Of a stretch of DNA of 35,319 nt, positions 23,009 through 35,270 are shown one piece after another; position 1 is the first letter of the stretch; each line of letters opens with the position of its first letter. A program made the position numbers and the translations under genes. The notes under the pieces are model-generated. The model did not search any database and had not been told where the DNA came from. It saw only the letters and a program-made list of their open reading frames with translations. Origin of the DNA: Octopus bimaculoides (taxonomy: Eukaryota); assembly GCF_001194135.2 (NCBI RefSeq), contig NC_068986.1, forward strand, positions 102,903,706-102,939,024, read 5' to 3'.

Positions 23009-23299
23009 CAGCATATTTCATCTATTTAACGGACCTAATACATGTTTTAGAGCGCTACTAATATGTTGGGAAAACTCAGACGTATTTTTCGGGCGCAAAC
23101 CACATATCATAACTAACTAAATTAATTGAATAATAGAAGAAACGCAAAAAAATATTAAAAATATAAGAAAGCAGTATATAGAAAACACAGACAGTAAACA
23201 GCAGAAAACGAAAAACGAACTCCAATGTAAAAAATAAAAAGTAAAAATGTAAAAGAACATTCCTCGGTAGACTTTATAAGATAAGGCTGAAAAGATATG

Positions 23300-23640
23300 A
23301 AGTCAGTCGGGAATAGGCGGAATTTTCCAATTCTTCAAAATATATTTATGCATAAGTTTGTATCAATAGAAAGTGAAGGATCGTAGATCTGAATAGGATC
23401 CGCGCTCTTTCAGCCAGAGTCTACATTTATTCGATCCATTTACGTAAGGTATGGATTTCTCAATAACTTTCCATTCAATCTCATGCAGTGTTTCGTTATC
23501 TTTCAAAGTCCATACGTAGCTAACCAACTTCGTAGCGTTACATTTCTCCCTATGCCCGAAGGAGGTTATGTGATAAAGCTATTGAATTTGCTAAATCATA
23601 TGTTGGTACTGACCCTATAGACCTAGATTTACCCAGGCAT
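23300..23640 (-). mobile_element. Penelope-like GIY-YIG C-terminal fragment (different PLE lineage)
   Basis: HREKCNATKLVSYVWTLKDNETLHEIEWKVIEKSIPYVNGSNKCRLWLKE matches the LS.Y.W.LK...I.W.I....Y....C.LCL.EK tail of PLE endonucleases. Confidence 0.75.
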
Positions 23641-25147
23641 TCGGGGAAAACACTATTGTTCAGTAAAGGATTAGCATGAGTAAAAAAAAAGTCGCATAGC
23701 GATGAACTATTTCATGTATCTATGGGGTCATAGCGCGTTGGCCTATAGCGTGACGACGGTTTGGGTATTTCCCATGGGTGTGTTGGTTACACCTTTGCCA
23801 AATTTAGGAAGCAACCAATTTCTACCTTTAACCAAATAAGACTTAAATTTACAGCAGCTACGATTTTGTTACTCTTCCACCCAAAGAGCAACTTGAAATG
23901 TAGTATTTTGCTTAAGAACAGAACTTGCAAATCGATCCGAAAATCGAACACCTGATATGGCAATCGTAAATGCAAGATTCTTAATACTACGCCATGAGCC
24001 CACACCAATTGCTATAGTACATTAACATAATTCCTATATGGAAAATAGTTAATTAATCCCAAAGGAAAATATATAAATTATCGAACCTGTATTAAGCTAG
24101 TGTTTTTTAGGGTGTGAATTCAACGTATGTGATATAAATTTGGAAGGAAACATTCAACTGCCCTATTCCATCGACAGGAAATCAAATCCTGTTGCAGCTT
24201 TGCAATCAATGCATTTGAAAAACTTATCAAAACCTCATCCCATTATATATTAAACTTTTATTAGATGCAATTATCAGTTAGATTTTTTTATAAATCTAGA
24301 CGAATTTGACTGTTCTAATAAAATGTTCCTGTTGAAATACACGACTTTTGTTGAAATGATTTTTGAAATTATGACGAATTTAAGAAAATAGCATTGTTGT
24401 TATTGAGCTGGTATTTTGAATATAAATTAACATGAACTCTTGATGGAAGACTATACTTAAGAAAACTTTTAAACAGAAAGATTATCTTATAGAATTAGTA
24501 GCCGTCTCAGTGGGGTTTGTATCAAGATAGTTAACGTAAAAGAATAACCAGATTTTGTAGCATACGAAAATACAAAGACAAATATGATAGTGTTAATAAA
24601 ACAGAAAGATAACATCTACATTGCATTAATTAAACATCGTCAAGAGAACAATTTAAGTTAACACTATTATAGGTTATGATATTATTGAAGCAGACCTACT
24701 GATATTATATCCCCTAAGTACGCAAACAGAAATTAGAAGTGAAATGATAGTGCATTTCATAACAATTAAACACTTAATTGTAAATTAAGTAAATCATGAT
24801 AAATTAATAATTTAGATTAATATAAATATCGTAATAGTATATTCTCTTCACGGGTACTCGACAACGTTTATATTACACATTTACAGAGATATTACGTATC
24901 ACTAATGCAATACAAATCATGTGATTATTCCCAAGATGTGATAATTATACGGGGCTTGTTGCCGAATAGGATAATTATCTTGACAATATGGAATTAGGTT
25001 GGAGAAGTCTCAATTAGAGAAATAAATAAAACTAACCGATGGCGTTAATAATGCTAAATAGATTGAATTATAGTAAACATACTGAAAGTCCAAGTTTAAG
25101 TACAATTAATGAAGGCAATACTTGTCAAAATATTATGCTACACCAGG

Positions 25148-25164
25148 TGTGGATATCTATCTAG

Positions 25165-25255
<91 letters not shown>

Positions 25256-25257
25256 TG
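25148..25257. repeat. (GT)n microsatellite
   Basis: Direct inspection. Confidence 0.95.
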
Positions 25258-25299
25258 TATGGTTGTATGTATATGCGCTATATAGTAGTTATTTTTCTT

Positions 25300-25676
25300 T
25301 TACGGCACTCCGTCGGTTACGATGACGAGGGTTCCAGGTAATCCAATCAACGGAACAGTCTCGTGCGAGTAGCTGAGCACTCCAAAGATTTGTGTACCCC
25401 TTAACTTAAAATAGTTCTCGGGGAGATTCAGCGTGACACAAAGTGTGACGAGGCTGGCCTTTTGAAATACAGGAAATACAGAAACAGGAAGAAAGAGCGA
25501 GAGAAGGTTGTGCAAAAAGAGTACAGCAGGGTTGCCACCCCCCCCCCTGCCGGACCCTCGTTGAGCTTTAGGTGTTTTCACCCAATAAACACTCACAACG
25601 CCCGGTCTGGGAATCGAAACCGCGGTCCTACGACCGCGAGTCCGCTGCCCTAAGCACAGGGTCATTGCGTCTCCAC
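25300..25676 (-). mobile_element. tRNA-derived SINE, family D
   Basis: Head gtggagacgcaatg...gtttcgattccc; 3' end ...accgacggagtgcc. Possible 8-bp TSD atatagta (25280-87 / 25677-84). Confidence 0.8.
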
Positions 25677-26134
25677 ATATAGTATATAGAATATACATGA
25701 ACATTAAAAATTCGTAGAAATTTGCGATGCATGCAAATGAGAAATATAATATCGTATCATCGAGCATTAGTCAAGGTACAGATTTGAGTGACGTATAGAA
25801 CACAGGGACTATAGCGACACATCAATCATTTCTAGTAAAGTAAAAAGGTGAGAGCTGGGCTTCTCGCAACATTATCAAAAAGAGTACACAAACTTTTTTA
25901 TGAAGTTTCGAAAATAAAATTTCTGTACTGGACAGATGGACATTTTCCGAAGGAGAAAAATATAGTCAATTTCATCAAGAGATTTCTATACTAGTGACAG
26001 TTGAATTATCGATCCTTCGGTTATGACAAGTAAAGATAAGGTCATGATGGGATTTGAATAGACAGAAGTGGAGAAGCGAAACCCATCACTGTGGTGATAT
26101 ATATTTAAGCAATTGTCGAATGTTTCTTATGCAA

Positions 26135-26263
26135 AGGCGGCGAGCTGGCAGAAACGTTAGCACGCCGGGCAAAAATGCGGTATTTCGTCTGCCGTTACGT
26201 TCTGAGTTCAAATTCCGCCGAGGTCGACTTTGCCTCTTATCCTTTCGGATTCGATAAATTAAG
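26135..26263 (+). mobile_element. SINE family A, truncated by (AGT/AGC)n and a gap
   Basis: Same head and body as the 22423 copy. Confidence 0.85.
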
Positions 26264-27252
26264 TAGTAGTAGTAGCAGCAGCAGCANNNNNNNNNNNNNN
26301 NNNNNNNNNNNNNNNNNNNNNNNNNNNNNNNNNNNNNNNNNNNNNNNNNNNNNNNNNNNNNNNNNNNNNNNNNNNNNNNNNNNNNNNNNNNNNNNNNNNN
26401 NNNNNNNNNNNNNNNNNNNNNNNNNNNNNNNNNNNNNNNNNNNNNNNNNNNNNNNNNNNNNNNNNNNNNNNNNNNNNNNNNNNNNNNNNNNNNNNNNNNN
26501 NNNNNNNNNNNNNNNNNNNNNNNNNNNNNNNNNNNNNNNNNNNNNNNNNNNNNNNNNNNNNNNNNNNNNNNNNNNNNNNNNNNNNNNNNNNNNNNNNNNN
26601 NNNNNNNNNNNNNNNNNNNNNNNNNNNNNNNNNNNNNNNNNNNNNNNNNNNNNNNNNNNNNNNNNNNNNNNNNNNNNNNNNNNNNNNNNNNNNNNNNNNN
26701 NNNNNNNNNNNNNNNNNNNNNNNNNNNNNNNNNNNNNNNNNNNNNNNNNNNNNNNNNNNNNNNNNNNNNNNNNNNNNNNNNNNNNNNNNNNNNNNNNNNN
26801 NNNNNNNNNNNNNNNNNNNNNNNNNNNNNNNNNNNNNNNNNNNNNNNNNNNNNNNNNNNNNNNNNNNNNNNNNNNNNNNNNNNNNNNNNNNNNNNNNNNN
26901 NNNNNNNNNNNNNNNNNNNNNNNNNNNNNNNNNNNNNNNNNNNNNNNNNNNNNNNNNNNNNNNNNNNNNNNNNNNNNNNNNNNNNNNNNNNNNNNNNNNN
27001 NNNNNNNNNNNNNNNNNNNNNNNNNNNNNNNNNNNNNNNNNNNNNNNNNNNNNNNNNNNNNNNNNNNNNNNNNNNNNNNNNNNNNNNNNNNNNNNNNNNN
27101 NNNNNNNNNNNNNNNNNNNNNNNNNNNNNNNNNNNNNNNNNNNNNNNNNNNNNNNNNNNNNNNNNNNNNNNNNNNNNNNNNNNNNNNNNNNNNNNNNNNN
27201 NNNNNNNNNNNNNNNNNNNNNNATATATAGATAGATAGATACATATATATAT

Positions 27253-27414
27253 GACGGGCTTCTTTCAGTTTCCGTCTACCAAATCCCCTCACAATGCTTT
27301 GGTCGGTCCAAGGCTATAGTAGAAGACACTTGCCCAAGGTCCCACGCAGTGGGACTGAACCCCGAACCATTGGTTCGTAAGCAAGCTACTTACCACACAG
27401 CTACTCCTACGCCT
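27253..27414 (-). mobile_element. tRNA-derived SINE, family C (5' part, ending at internal microsatellite and gap)
   Basis: Head aggcgtaggagtagctgtgtggtaag...ggttcagtccc; homologous to the 35009 copy. Confidence 0.85.
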
Positions 27415-28534
27415 ATTTACAGCTTCTCTTTCTCTCTTTAGTGCATGTCTAGTAGTTTTCCATCAAAAACTGAATGACAACAAAATCGCGCTCCTAAAAA
27501 TTACTGTTTTGATATTAATCTATAACTGATTATTTAACAAGTGTCATATTGAGCATGCGCAACTATAAACAAGCCAAGGAACAATAAATCTCTGCCTGGA
27601 AACGGGAAGGAGATTACATGCGCAGCATCGCATTTTGTCTTTCATATTACTTTCTAGAATGGATCTGAGAAAATGCGGTTAATTGCGTCCATGAATTATT
27701 CATTCCCTTCTAATAGATAGATGCATTGATTATACGTGCAACATATACATTTCTATATTCGAAAGATAATATTTTATATTATAGCTAGATCAAACATTTG
27801 AAGAGAAAAAATAGCGTTGTCGATTCTAACGTAGTTAATTTGCATTTTTCCGACGGAGAAGACAAAGCATACACTGGCGAGATTTGAACGCAGAAAATCA
27901 AAATACATAATAAATAATTCGAGTAAACTGAGAGAATCATTGAGGCTCGGTGTAGTCGGTAAACCTACGACAAATATAAAATAAATCTCCATTAATTTAC
28001 ATATCGTCTTAAACGAAGAGTGTTTACAATAGATAATATGTCCGCCAAACCATATATTAATAACAGCCACGAATCGATACAGCTGGATTATTTATAATCA
28101 GGGGTCTTCTAGACCATGAGTGTTGGACTATATCTGAAAAGCAACAACAATTATATTATAACTGCGATATTTATTTCTAACATTCGGGAAAAGAACGTCA
28201 GTGCTAATATGCGAGTGTATTTATTACATGGACCTTAAAAGAACGAAGGTAAAGCTGGCATTGACAGGATTTCAACACAAAACATAGACATGAAAAAGTA
28301 TTAGGATCGAGTAAGCTAACATTTACGGCAACAAATTGACCTCCGCAAGCTTGCTAAATGTTGTCCAAATATGCGATTGAACTATATTAATCAGACCGAA
28401 TGTAACCAGGTAGCTACTTATATGTGCAATGTCTCCATGCAAAAGTGTGATAGCAGATTCTGCTTAATTCATGCTAATATCTGTGCTACGATAAATCAGA
28501 TTTAGAATTCTAACATCGTCATTCGAGAGATTGT

Positions 28535-28764
28535 TGGCACTCCGTCGCTTTGAAATACAGGTACAACAGAAACAGGAAGAAAGAGTGAGAGAAAGTCGAG
28601 GTGAAAGAGTACAGCAGGGTTCGCCACCATCTCCTGCCGGAGCCTTGTGGATCTTCAGGTGATTTTTGCTCAATAAATACTCATAATGCCCGGTCTAAGA
28701 ATCGAAATAGCGATCCTATGACCGCGAGTCCGCTGCCCTAGCCACTGGGCCATTGCGCTTCCAC
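28535..28764 (-). mobile_element. SINE family D, internally deleted copy with a 12-bp TSD
   Basis: Homologous to the 25300 copy but lacks about 150 bp. TSD attcgagagatt at 28521-32 and 28765-76. Confidence 0.85.
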
Positions 28765-29358
28765 ATTCGAGAGATTATAGCATAGTAATTCTAATACAAT
28801 TTTTCTTTCCCGTCCGTACATTGACTATTCAAGAAAAGTCCATGCTAGACGCATACTGCTACAATTTGACTGTGAAGGAAACTACAAGTTAAGTATGAAG
28901 GACGCACTAGAACCAAATAGGTTCGTTTGGAACTGGTAATATATTTATATTGATGTTCTCTGTTGGCACGGAACACAGCGTGATAACACAGATGAAAGTA
29001 GAAATAATTTATTAATCAAAATAAGTGAACAACCATAAATTGGAATGCTGCAAGACGAGAGAATCCTGATGGGTGGCGTGATTTAATAATTGGTCCGACA
29101 CTAGATAATTCAGAAAACTACGCAGGTTATATATTAATATACTAAAGCATATTATACGAATACGATTTATATGCATATCCATGCTGATAGATGTATTCAT
29201 AAAAATAGAGACACAACAGTATTATTCTAATTTGCTAAGTAGATATACGTGGACGTTACAGTATTTGATAAGTGTCTCTGTTTCACTATGAAACCGATTA
29301 TATGAAAATGCAATTTTGTTTCGACTTCTATTATACATAGACGCATTCATTCAATCAA

Positions 29359-29392
<34 letters not shown>

Positions 29393-29643
29393 CTATATAT
29401 ATGTATATATATATATATATATACATATATAAACACATGCACGTACACTTGCAAGTATATTTTTGCGTGTGCCTGTACGTTCAGAGACACCTGGCGGTAA
29501 TATGGAGAAAGTAATTGCGATCTCATTGCCGATAAATAATGAATTGCATATTTGCATCGGGTTTGGAAGCCTCGTAAAAATTGCACTGATGTCCTTAAAT
29601 TACTGTCATAATAAAATAATAATACCCGGACGAAAAGTGATTA

Positions 29644-29677
<34 letters not shown>

Positions 29678-30231
29678 NNNNNNNNNNNNNNNNNNNNNNN
29701 NNNNNNNNNNNNNNNNNNNNNNNNNNNNNNNNNNNNNNNNNNNNNNNNNNNNNNNNNNNNNNNNNNNNNNNNNNNNNNNNNNNNNNNNNNNNNNNNNNNN
29801 NNNNNNNNNNNNNNNNNNNNNNNNNNNNNNNNNNNNNNNNNNNNNNNNNNNNNNNNNNNNNNNNNNNNNNNNNNNNNNNNNNNNNNNNNNNNNNNNNNNN
29901 NNNNNNNNNNNNNNNNNNNNNNNNNNNNNNNNNNNNNNNNNNNNNNNNNNNNNNNNNNNNNNNNNNNNNNNNNNNNNNNNNNNNNNNNNNNNNNNNNNNN
30001 NNNNNNNNNNNNNNNNNNNNNNNNNNNNNNNNNNNNNNNNNNNNNNNNNNNNNNNNNNNNNNNNNNNNNNNNNNNNNNNNNNNNNNNNNNNNNNNNNNNN
30101 NNNNNNNNNNNNNNNNNNNNNNNNNNNNNNNNNNNNNNNNNNNNNNNNNNNNNNNNNNNNNNNNNNNNNNNNNNNNNNNNNNNNNNNNNNNNNNNNNNNN
30201 NNNNNNNNNNNNNNNNNNNNNNNNNNNNNNN

Positions 30232-30266
<35 letters not shown>

Positions 30267-30349
30267 GCATACGTATATGTACATGCTTACATCTATACGG
30301 ATATACACTGTTTTCGGAGTTGCGATGTAATGCATGCCAATATACATTA

Positions 30350-30760
30350 AACTCTGATCCATAATGATCAACTTAGCAAAAATTCACTTTCGACCTTGAT
30401 GTTAAAACAAATATCAGTTGCACATGTCGAATCTCTCAGTGTTCTCGGTCAATATCTGAAGTCATCCTAGACAATAAAACAGCAGCAAGGCAAAATTCCA
30501 CTCGTCAGTAACGTTGAGACACAGCAGCAAGTACGTAACTAATAGATTTCTCGCTCTGCACGCATTGCGGATAGCTTCCTTCTTGCTCGGTGGCACCTCC
30601 GCATCAGTACAGATTATCACAAATCTTTATCCTTAGTGACCCTTGTAATCTCTGCCTGATCAATAATTTCCGGAACTTACCAGTAGCAGTTTGCAGCCCC
30701 AAACACTTTCAGAGTATATAATCTCCACGTCGACACTTAGAGTTTTCCGAGAAACTCGTC
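30350..30760 (-). mobile_element. Possible degraded RTE-type apurinic-like endonuclease fragment
   Basis: VDVEIIYSESVWG resembles RVDICCIQEVRWRG, with weak downstream matches. Many stops. Confidence 0.3.
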
Positions 30761-30905
30761 CATTTTACCCACGAATAATACTCTAGATTTTACTAATAGA
30801 AAACTATACCGACTGCATTACAAGACTGGTAGAGAGCGAGGAACGCCTGAAGGTCATTTTAATAATAGGTGCACAGTCTTGAATCTTAACTTGAGGCAAT
30901 ATTTG

Positions 30906-31125
30906 TTTCTTTATTGCCCACTGGGGGCTAAACATAGAGAGAACAAGCAAAGGGATTAAGTCGGTTACGTCGATCTCGCTGCGTAACTGGTACTTATTTA
31001 ATAGACCCCGAAATGATGAAAGGCAAAGTCGACCTCGGCGGAATTTGAACTCAGAATGTAATGGCAGACGAAATACTGCTAAGCATTTCGCCCGGTGTAC
31101 TAACGTTTCTGCCAGCTCGCCGCCT
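30906..31125 (-). mobile_element. SINE family A with an alternative 3' tail
   Basis: Reverse complement of the family A head and body; tail ...tgtttagcccccagtgggcaataaagaaa. Confidence 0.85.
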
Positions 31126-31574
31126 TGAGCCAATATTAACAAAAAAATGTGTGGATGGGCCTGCAGCTAGAAACCGTTTAAGTCTCGACCATGTCATCGA
31201 ATAGGATCGCATGACTCTGGGAGTGACACTACTTACATCATTTTGGTTCTAGTTTGCTCCTCATCTTCAGGTTATTAAGTGTTGGGATAAGCTACCGAAC
31301 CCGTTTCAATCTGTCAATCAGTAATGAGTCGAGAAGTTATTCCTGTAGAATTTGAATTAAATTAACACCAAAATTTTTTTCTCCGATTTGCAAGTTACCC
31401 CTCACGTAAGTTGTTTCGTCGTGATTCCCCTCCTCCCTGAAATACACGGCATCAGTCATTGGATACTAAGCACGCACTTACGTTCCCATAAAGAAACTGA
31501 TAGACAAATTATTTTCTGGCGTGTATTGAAGTTTGTCAAGCAGAAATAATCTCAATAATAAGGAGAGAATCCCT

Positions 31575-31862
31575 TGTGTCATTTATAGCCAAGGGAATGC
31601 ACCTAGAAAGTTACCCTCCGAGGCCCAAGGTTGTTTATGAAAGACCAACAGTTGCCCATGCATACCGTCTCCACTCTCTCCACACCACCGATGTTATGCA
31701 AGAGAAATGCAAATGCCGATACGGCTTGGTCCCAATGACGTCGCAACTGTTTTCTACAACTGGAGCAGCGTGAAATAAAGTGCCTTGCTCAAGAACACAA
31801 CACACAGTGCTACACAGGAATCTCAGGTGAGCCAGACGCTTTAAACTCTCTGCCAAGCACCC
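31575..31862 (-). mobile_element. SINE family B, diverged copy
   Basis: Reverse-complement homology to 22677-23008 (ctagaaagttaccctccgaggc, gtgaaataaagtgccttgctcaagaacacaacac). Confidence 0.8.
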
Positions 31863-32227
31863 TCACATAATCTCAGCGTAAGCGCACGGAATTTTGAGAA
31901 ACAAATTAATAATGGACCCATTATTTTTAACAATTTGCTGAAAACTAAACTAGCATGTGGCTGCCAGTCCTAAAGTTTTTTTTTTATTATAATTCAGAAT
32001 ATTAACATTATTCATTAGTAACAGGAATAAATTAGAATTAAATTAAATTGAATTAAAGTGAATATGAATGAGATTTTAAATAGTAAGCCGTAGACATTTT
32101 ATCACATTATTCTCAACCACATCATCAGAATCACAAACAGATTCATTTGAACCCCTCGCATAATCTAAAATCGTTTCAACATACATCACGACATAAACAC
32201 TTATGAAAACTCATCGGACTCAAATAT

Positions 32228-33069
32228 AAATAGTGTAATACTTACACAAGCACATTTGTCAGTGCTTCTCATCGAAATGCGCAATTATTATTATTAAGAA
32301 AAAATAATATTTTTCTAGAAATTGAAAGCTTTATCAGAGCTGCATATATTTACTTCATTTTAAAGTTATTATTGAAGATTCTACGAATTCTATTATGATC
32401 TCCAAATGCTTAACCGTAACTCAGCTGGCATCATTTTCCCTCTTTCTCCCTCGTTCTTCCACGTTCCTATTCTCTCTCATAATACTACCTCCAGCTCCCC
32501 TCCACATGCTTAGCAGTAACTTGCTGATTCACATATTCTTAAACTCTGCCCCTGACATTATTACGACTCTATATTTATTCAGTTCAGTAAGAAAAACGCA
32601 CTTAAACGCGTATAAATGACGTGCATCCATCCACATTTCAATGTAGTGCCTCACCATTGTCCATAATCTGTTTCTTTTAAATATAATCTGTATAGCCTTT
32701 GAAGAAATAAAATATTGTATTGAAGTAATGGCACCAATATAAGGCATCAATTACATAATATGAATATTAATATTGTACGAGATCGTGTGTATATAAGTGC
32801 AGTATATATCAGTGTGTACGCGGATTCGCATTTTTAGCGTGTGTGCATACGCAGTCTCACTCGTACACCCACTAAAACAAACACGCACAACCGCACGTAT
32901 ATATTATCTCTCCCTCTCCTTTTAAATACATATTTACACATACATATATACACGTGTGTATATACATATACATATACAAACGCACACACTCACACACACA
33001 TATATATTTATATATACATAAATACATACATTTATACGTGCATATATGTGTTTTTAATGTATAGATATT

Positions 33070-33123
<54 letters not shown>

Positions 33124-33400
33124 CATGTTTTTTTAAATAAATATATGTGTGTAGGTGTTCATATTATTAGTTACACACACACATACACGCACACACACAT
33201 ACAAGCACACACAAATACACAGTTATAAATTCATTTATTGAAATTTGGATAATGATGTCTTTTTAAAATAGTGTCATGCTTACACAAGCAAATTTGTCAG
33301 TGCTTCTCATCGATATGTGCAATTATTATTATTAAGAAAAAATAATATTTTTCTAGAAATTGAAAGCTTTATCAGAGCTGCATATATTTACTTCATTTTA
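32228..33400. repeat. 135-bp direct duplication (32228-32362 and 33266-33400)
   Basis: 130/135 identical; all 5 differences lie in the first 55 nt. Confidence 0.9.
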
Positions 33401-33942
33401 TTAAATGGAAATTTCTTTCTGTTAAATAACGTAATTTCAGCAACTGAAACATATTTCATATTATCATCCATAATGCACCATATATGCAATTCTTATTGTG
33501 TGATACATTTTTTTTTATATTTCGCTTTTGTTCTTGATGAGTTTTCTTTTGTCTTCACACTCCGTTTTAGATAAGATCAGCAGTATAAACATTTAAAGCT
33601 TGAAGAATTTCTATAATAACTTTAGCAGCTTAAATCTTGTTTATATCGAGCCAATGAGAACGTCTGCCAGTAGCTGAGCTGATGGACATATTAGATACTG
33701 CAGTTATATTCACTTTAAAATACCTTTGTTGGAATAAATAATAGCACAACAGATTTGAATAATATTTGTGAAATAACGAATGATCACGGTTGGAATGCCA
33801 TTGGTCCGATATCTGATTGGCCAGCTTCACCGGAATCTAAACAACACTCATAACGGCTAAAATAACATACCATTAAAACCACTTTTACACGACAATTTGC
33901 TTAGACAAACGGAGGTGCAAACGTTAGGAATATATTATTATA

Positions 33943-34378
33943 TATTTCAAGCGTGGTTGTGTGGTAAGAAGCTTGGTTCTCAACCACATGGATCCCGGTT
34001 CAGTCCACAGAGTGTTACTTCGGGCAAATGCCTTCTACTATGGCATCGGGCCGAGCGAAGAATTACGAAGTGCATATGGTAGACGGGAAATGAAAGACGT
34101 CATTCGTACATGTCTGGTTGTTTGTGTGTGTATACTTGTGTGTATATGTATGTGTGTATTTATATATTTATGTGCGTGTGTCTTTGTGACTGTGTTTGTC
34201 CCTCACCACCACTTGACCACAGATGCTGTTGTGTTTACGTCCCCCCTAAACTAGCAGTTCAGCAAAAAATTCCGATATAATAAGTACTAGGCTTTAGCAA
34301 AATCAAATCCTGTGATCGATTTGTTCGGTTAAAGTCCTTCAAGGCGGTGTCCTAGCGTGGCCGTAGGGAAATGAATTA
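33943..34378 (+). mobile_element. SINE family C, old full-length copy with internal (TG/TA)n
   Basis: gtgtggtaagaagctt...ggttcagtcc...ggtagacgggaa, internal microsatellite, then ...ttcaaggcggtg... tail. Confidence 0.7.
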
Positions 34379-35008
34379 AACACGCAAGCGGGGTTAGATG
34401 TAAAAGGTAGTATAGGGCACAATATTGATCTTCCGCAACCAGTTTTCGAAGCCATACTGGATTAATGATTTTTATGAACCAGGAGTAGTGACCTCGGTCA
34501 ACACACTGTAGGGAAATATTAAATGTGCTTGAATAATTAAATGATATATTGGCACTTGTATATTAGTATAAATGTCTTGTTAAGAAGACATAATAAAGAT
34601 CGAAGATGAAAAATGTGTAATTCGTATAATTGTTATTAATGTTTATTAATATCGAACCGTGCAACGAACTAATCGCTGCAAAAATACCTGTAAACTAATA
34701 TGGCGGCTGTGAAAATTGGAATTTCTTTCTCATAATTTGGAGTGATTATAAGAGGAACTGGATTGTGAATATCCAGAAAGCCGGTGTTGTATTAGAACAA
34801 GACACCTGTTTACCAAAGGTGCTTTAATTAAAATTAAAACGGCGTCACAGGTAAATTTACATCGTAGAACTCAGCTTACGTGCAGATAACACCTAGCTCG
34901 TTGCTGTTTCTTAGTCTGTGTTACTTTATTTTCCTTTGGGGTTAGATGTTGTAAGTGTGGAAATGTGATTAACGTAAATATCCAACCAGTATCGAAATCA
35001 TTAACAAA

Positions 35009-35270
35009 AGGCGCAGGAGTGGCTGTGTGGTAAGTAGCTTGCTTACCAACCACATGGTTCCGGGTTCAGTCACATTGCGTGGCACCACGGGTAGGTGTCT
35101 TCTGCTATAGCCTCGGGCCGACCAAAGCCTTGTGAGTGTATTTGGTAGACGGAAACTTAAAGACGCCCGTCGTATATACGTATATTTCTATATGTGTGTG
35201 TGTGTATGTGTATATTTTTGTGTGTCTGTGTTTGTTCCCCCAACATCGCTTGATAGCCGATGCTGGTTAT
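35009..35270 (+). mobile_element. SINE family C
   Basis: aggcgcaggagtggctgtgtggtaagtagc...ggtagacggaaac...gcccgtcgtatatac, then (TG)n. Confidence 0.85.

Larger units (their letters stand above)
4442..30231. other. Seven assembly gaps: 4442-4590, 5363-5824, 13590-13807, 16732-17298, 21565-22329, 26287-27222, 29678-30231
   Basis: N-runs, mostly bordered by microsatellites. Confidence 0.99.

Noticed and set aside
28781-29570. Protein-like plus-strand segments (KVHARRILLQFDCEG..., WNAARRENPDGWRDL..., TPGGNMEKVIAIS...)
   Set aside because: They could not be spliced without a stop (TG|A) or a missing acceptor, and no family was recognised.
31265-31325. QVIKCWDKLP, resembling a CR1/L2 C-terminus
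   Set aside because: One weak motif only.
32234-32395. Plus-strand open frame in the duplicated segment
   Set aside because: All five differences between the copies are non-synonymous, which argues against coding constraint.
662-33140. Many listed ORFs with YI/CV/HT/LSIY/poly-I/poly-X runs
   Set aside because: These are translations of microsatellites or N-gaps, not genes.
22423-35100. tRNA-like A/B-box sequences
   Set aside because: They are SINE heads that continue into shared repeat bodies, and I saw no convincing cloverleaf.
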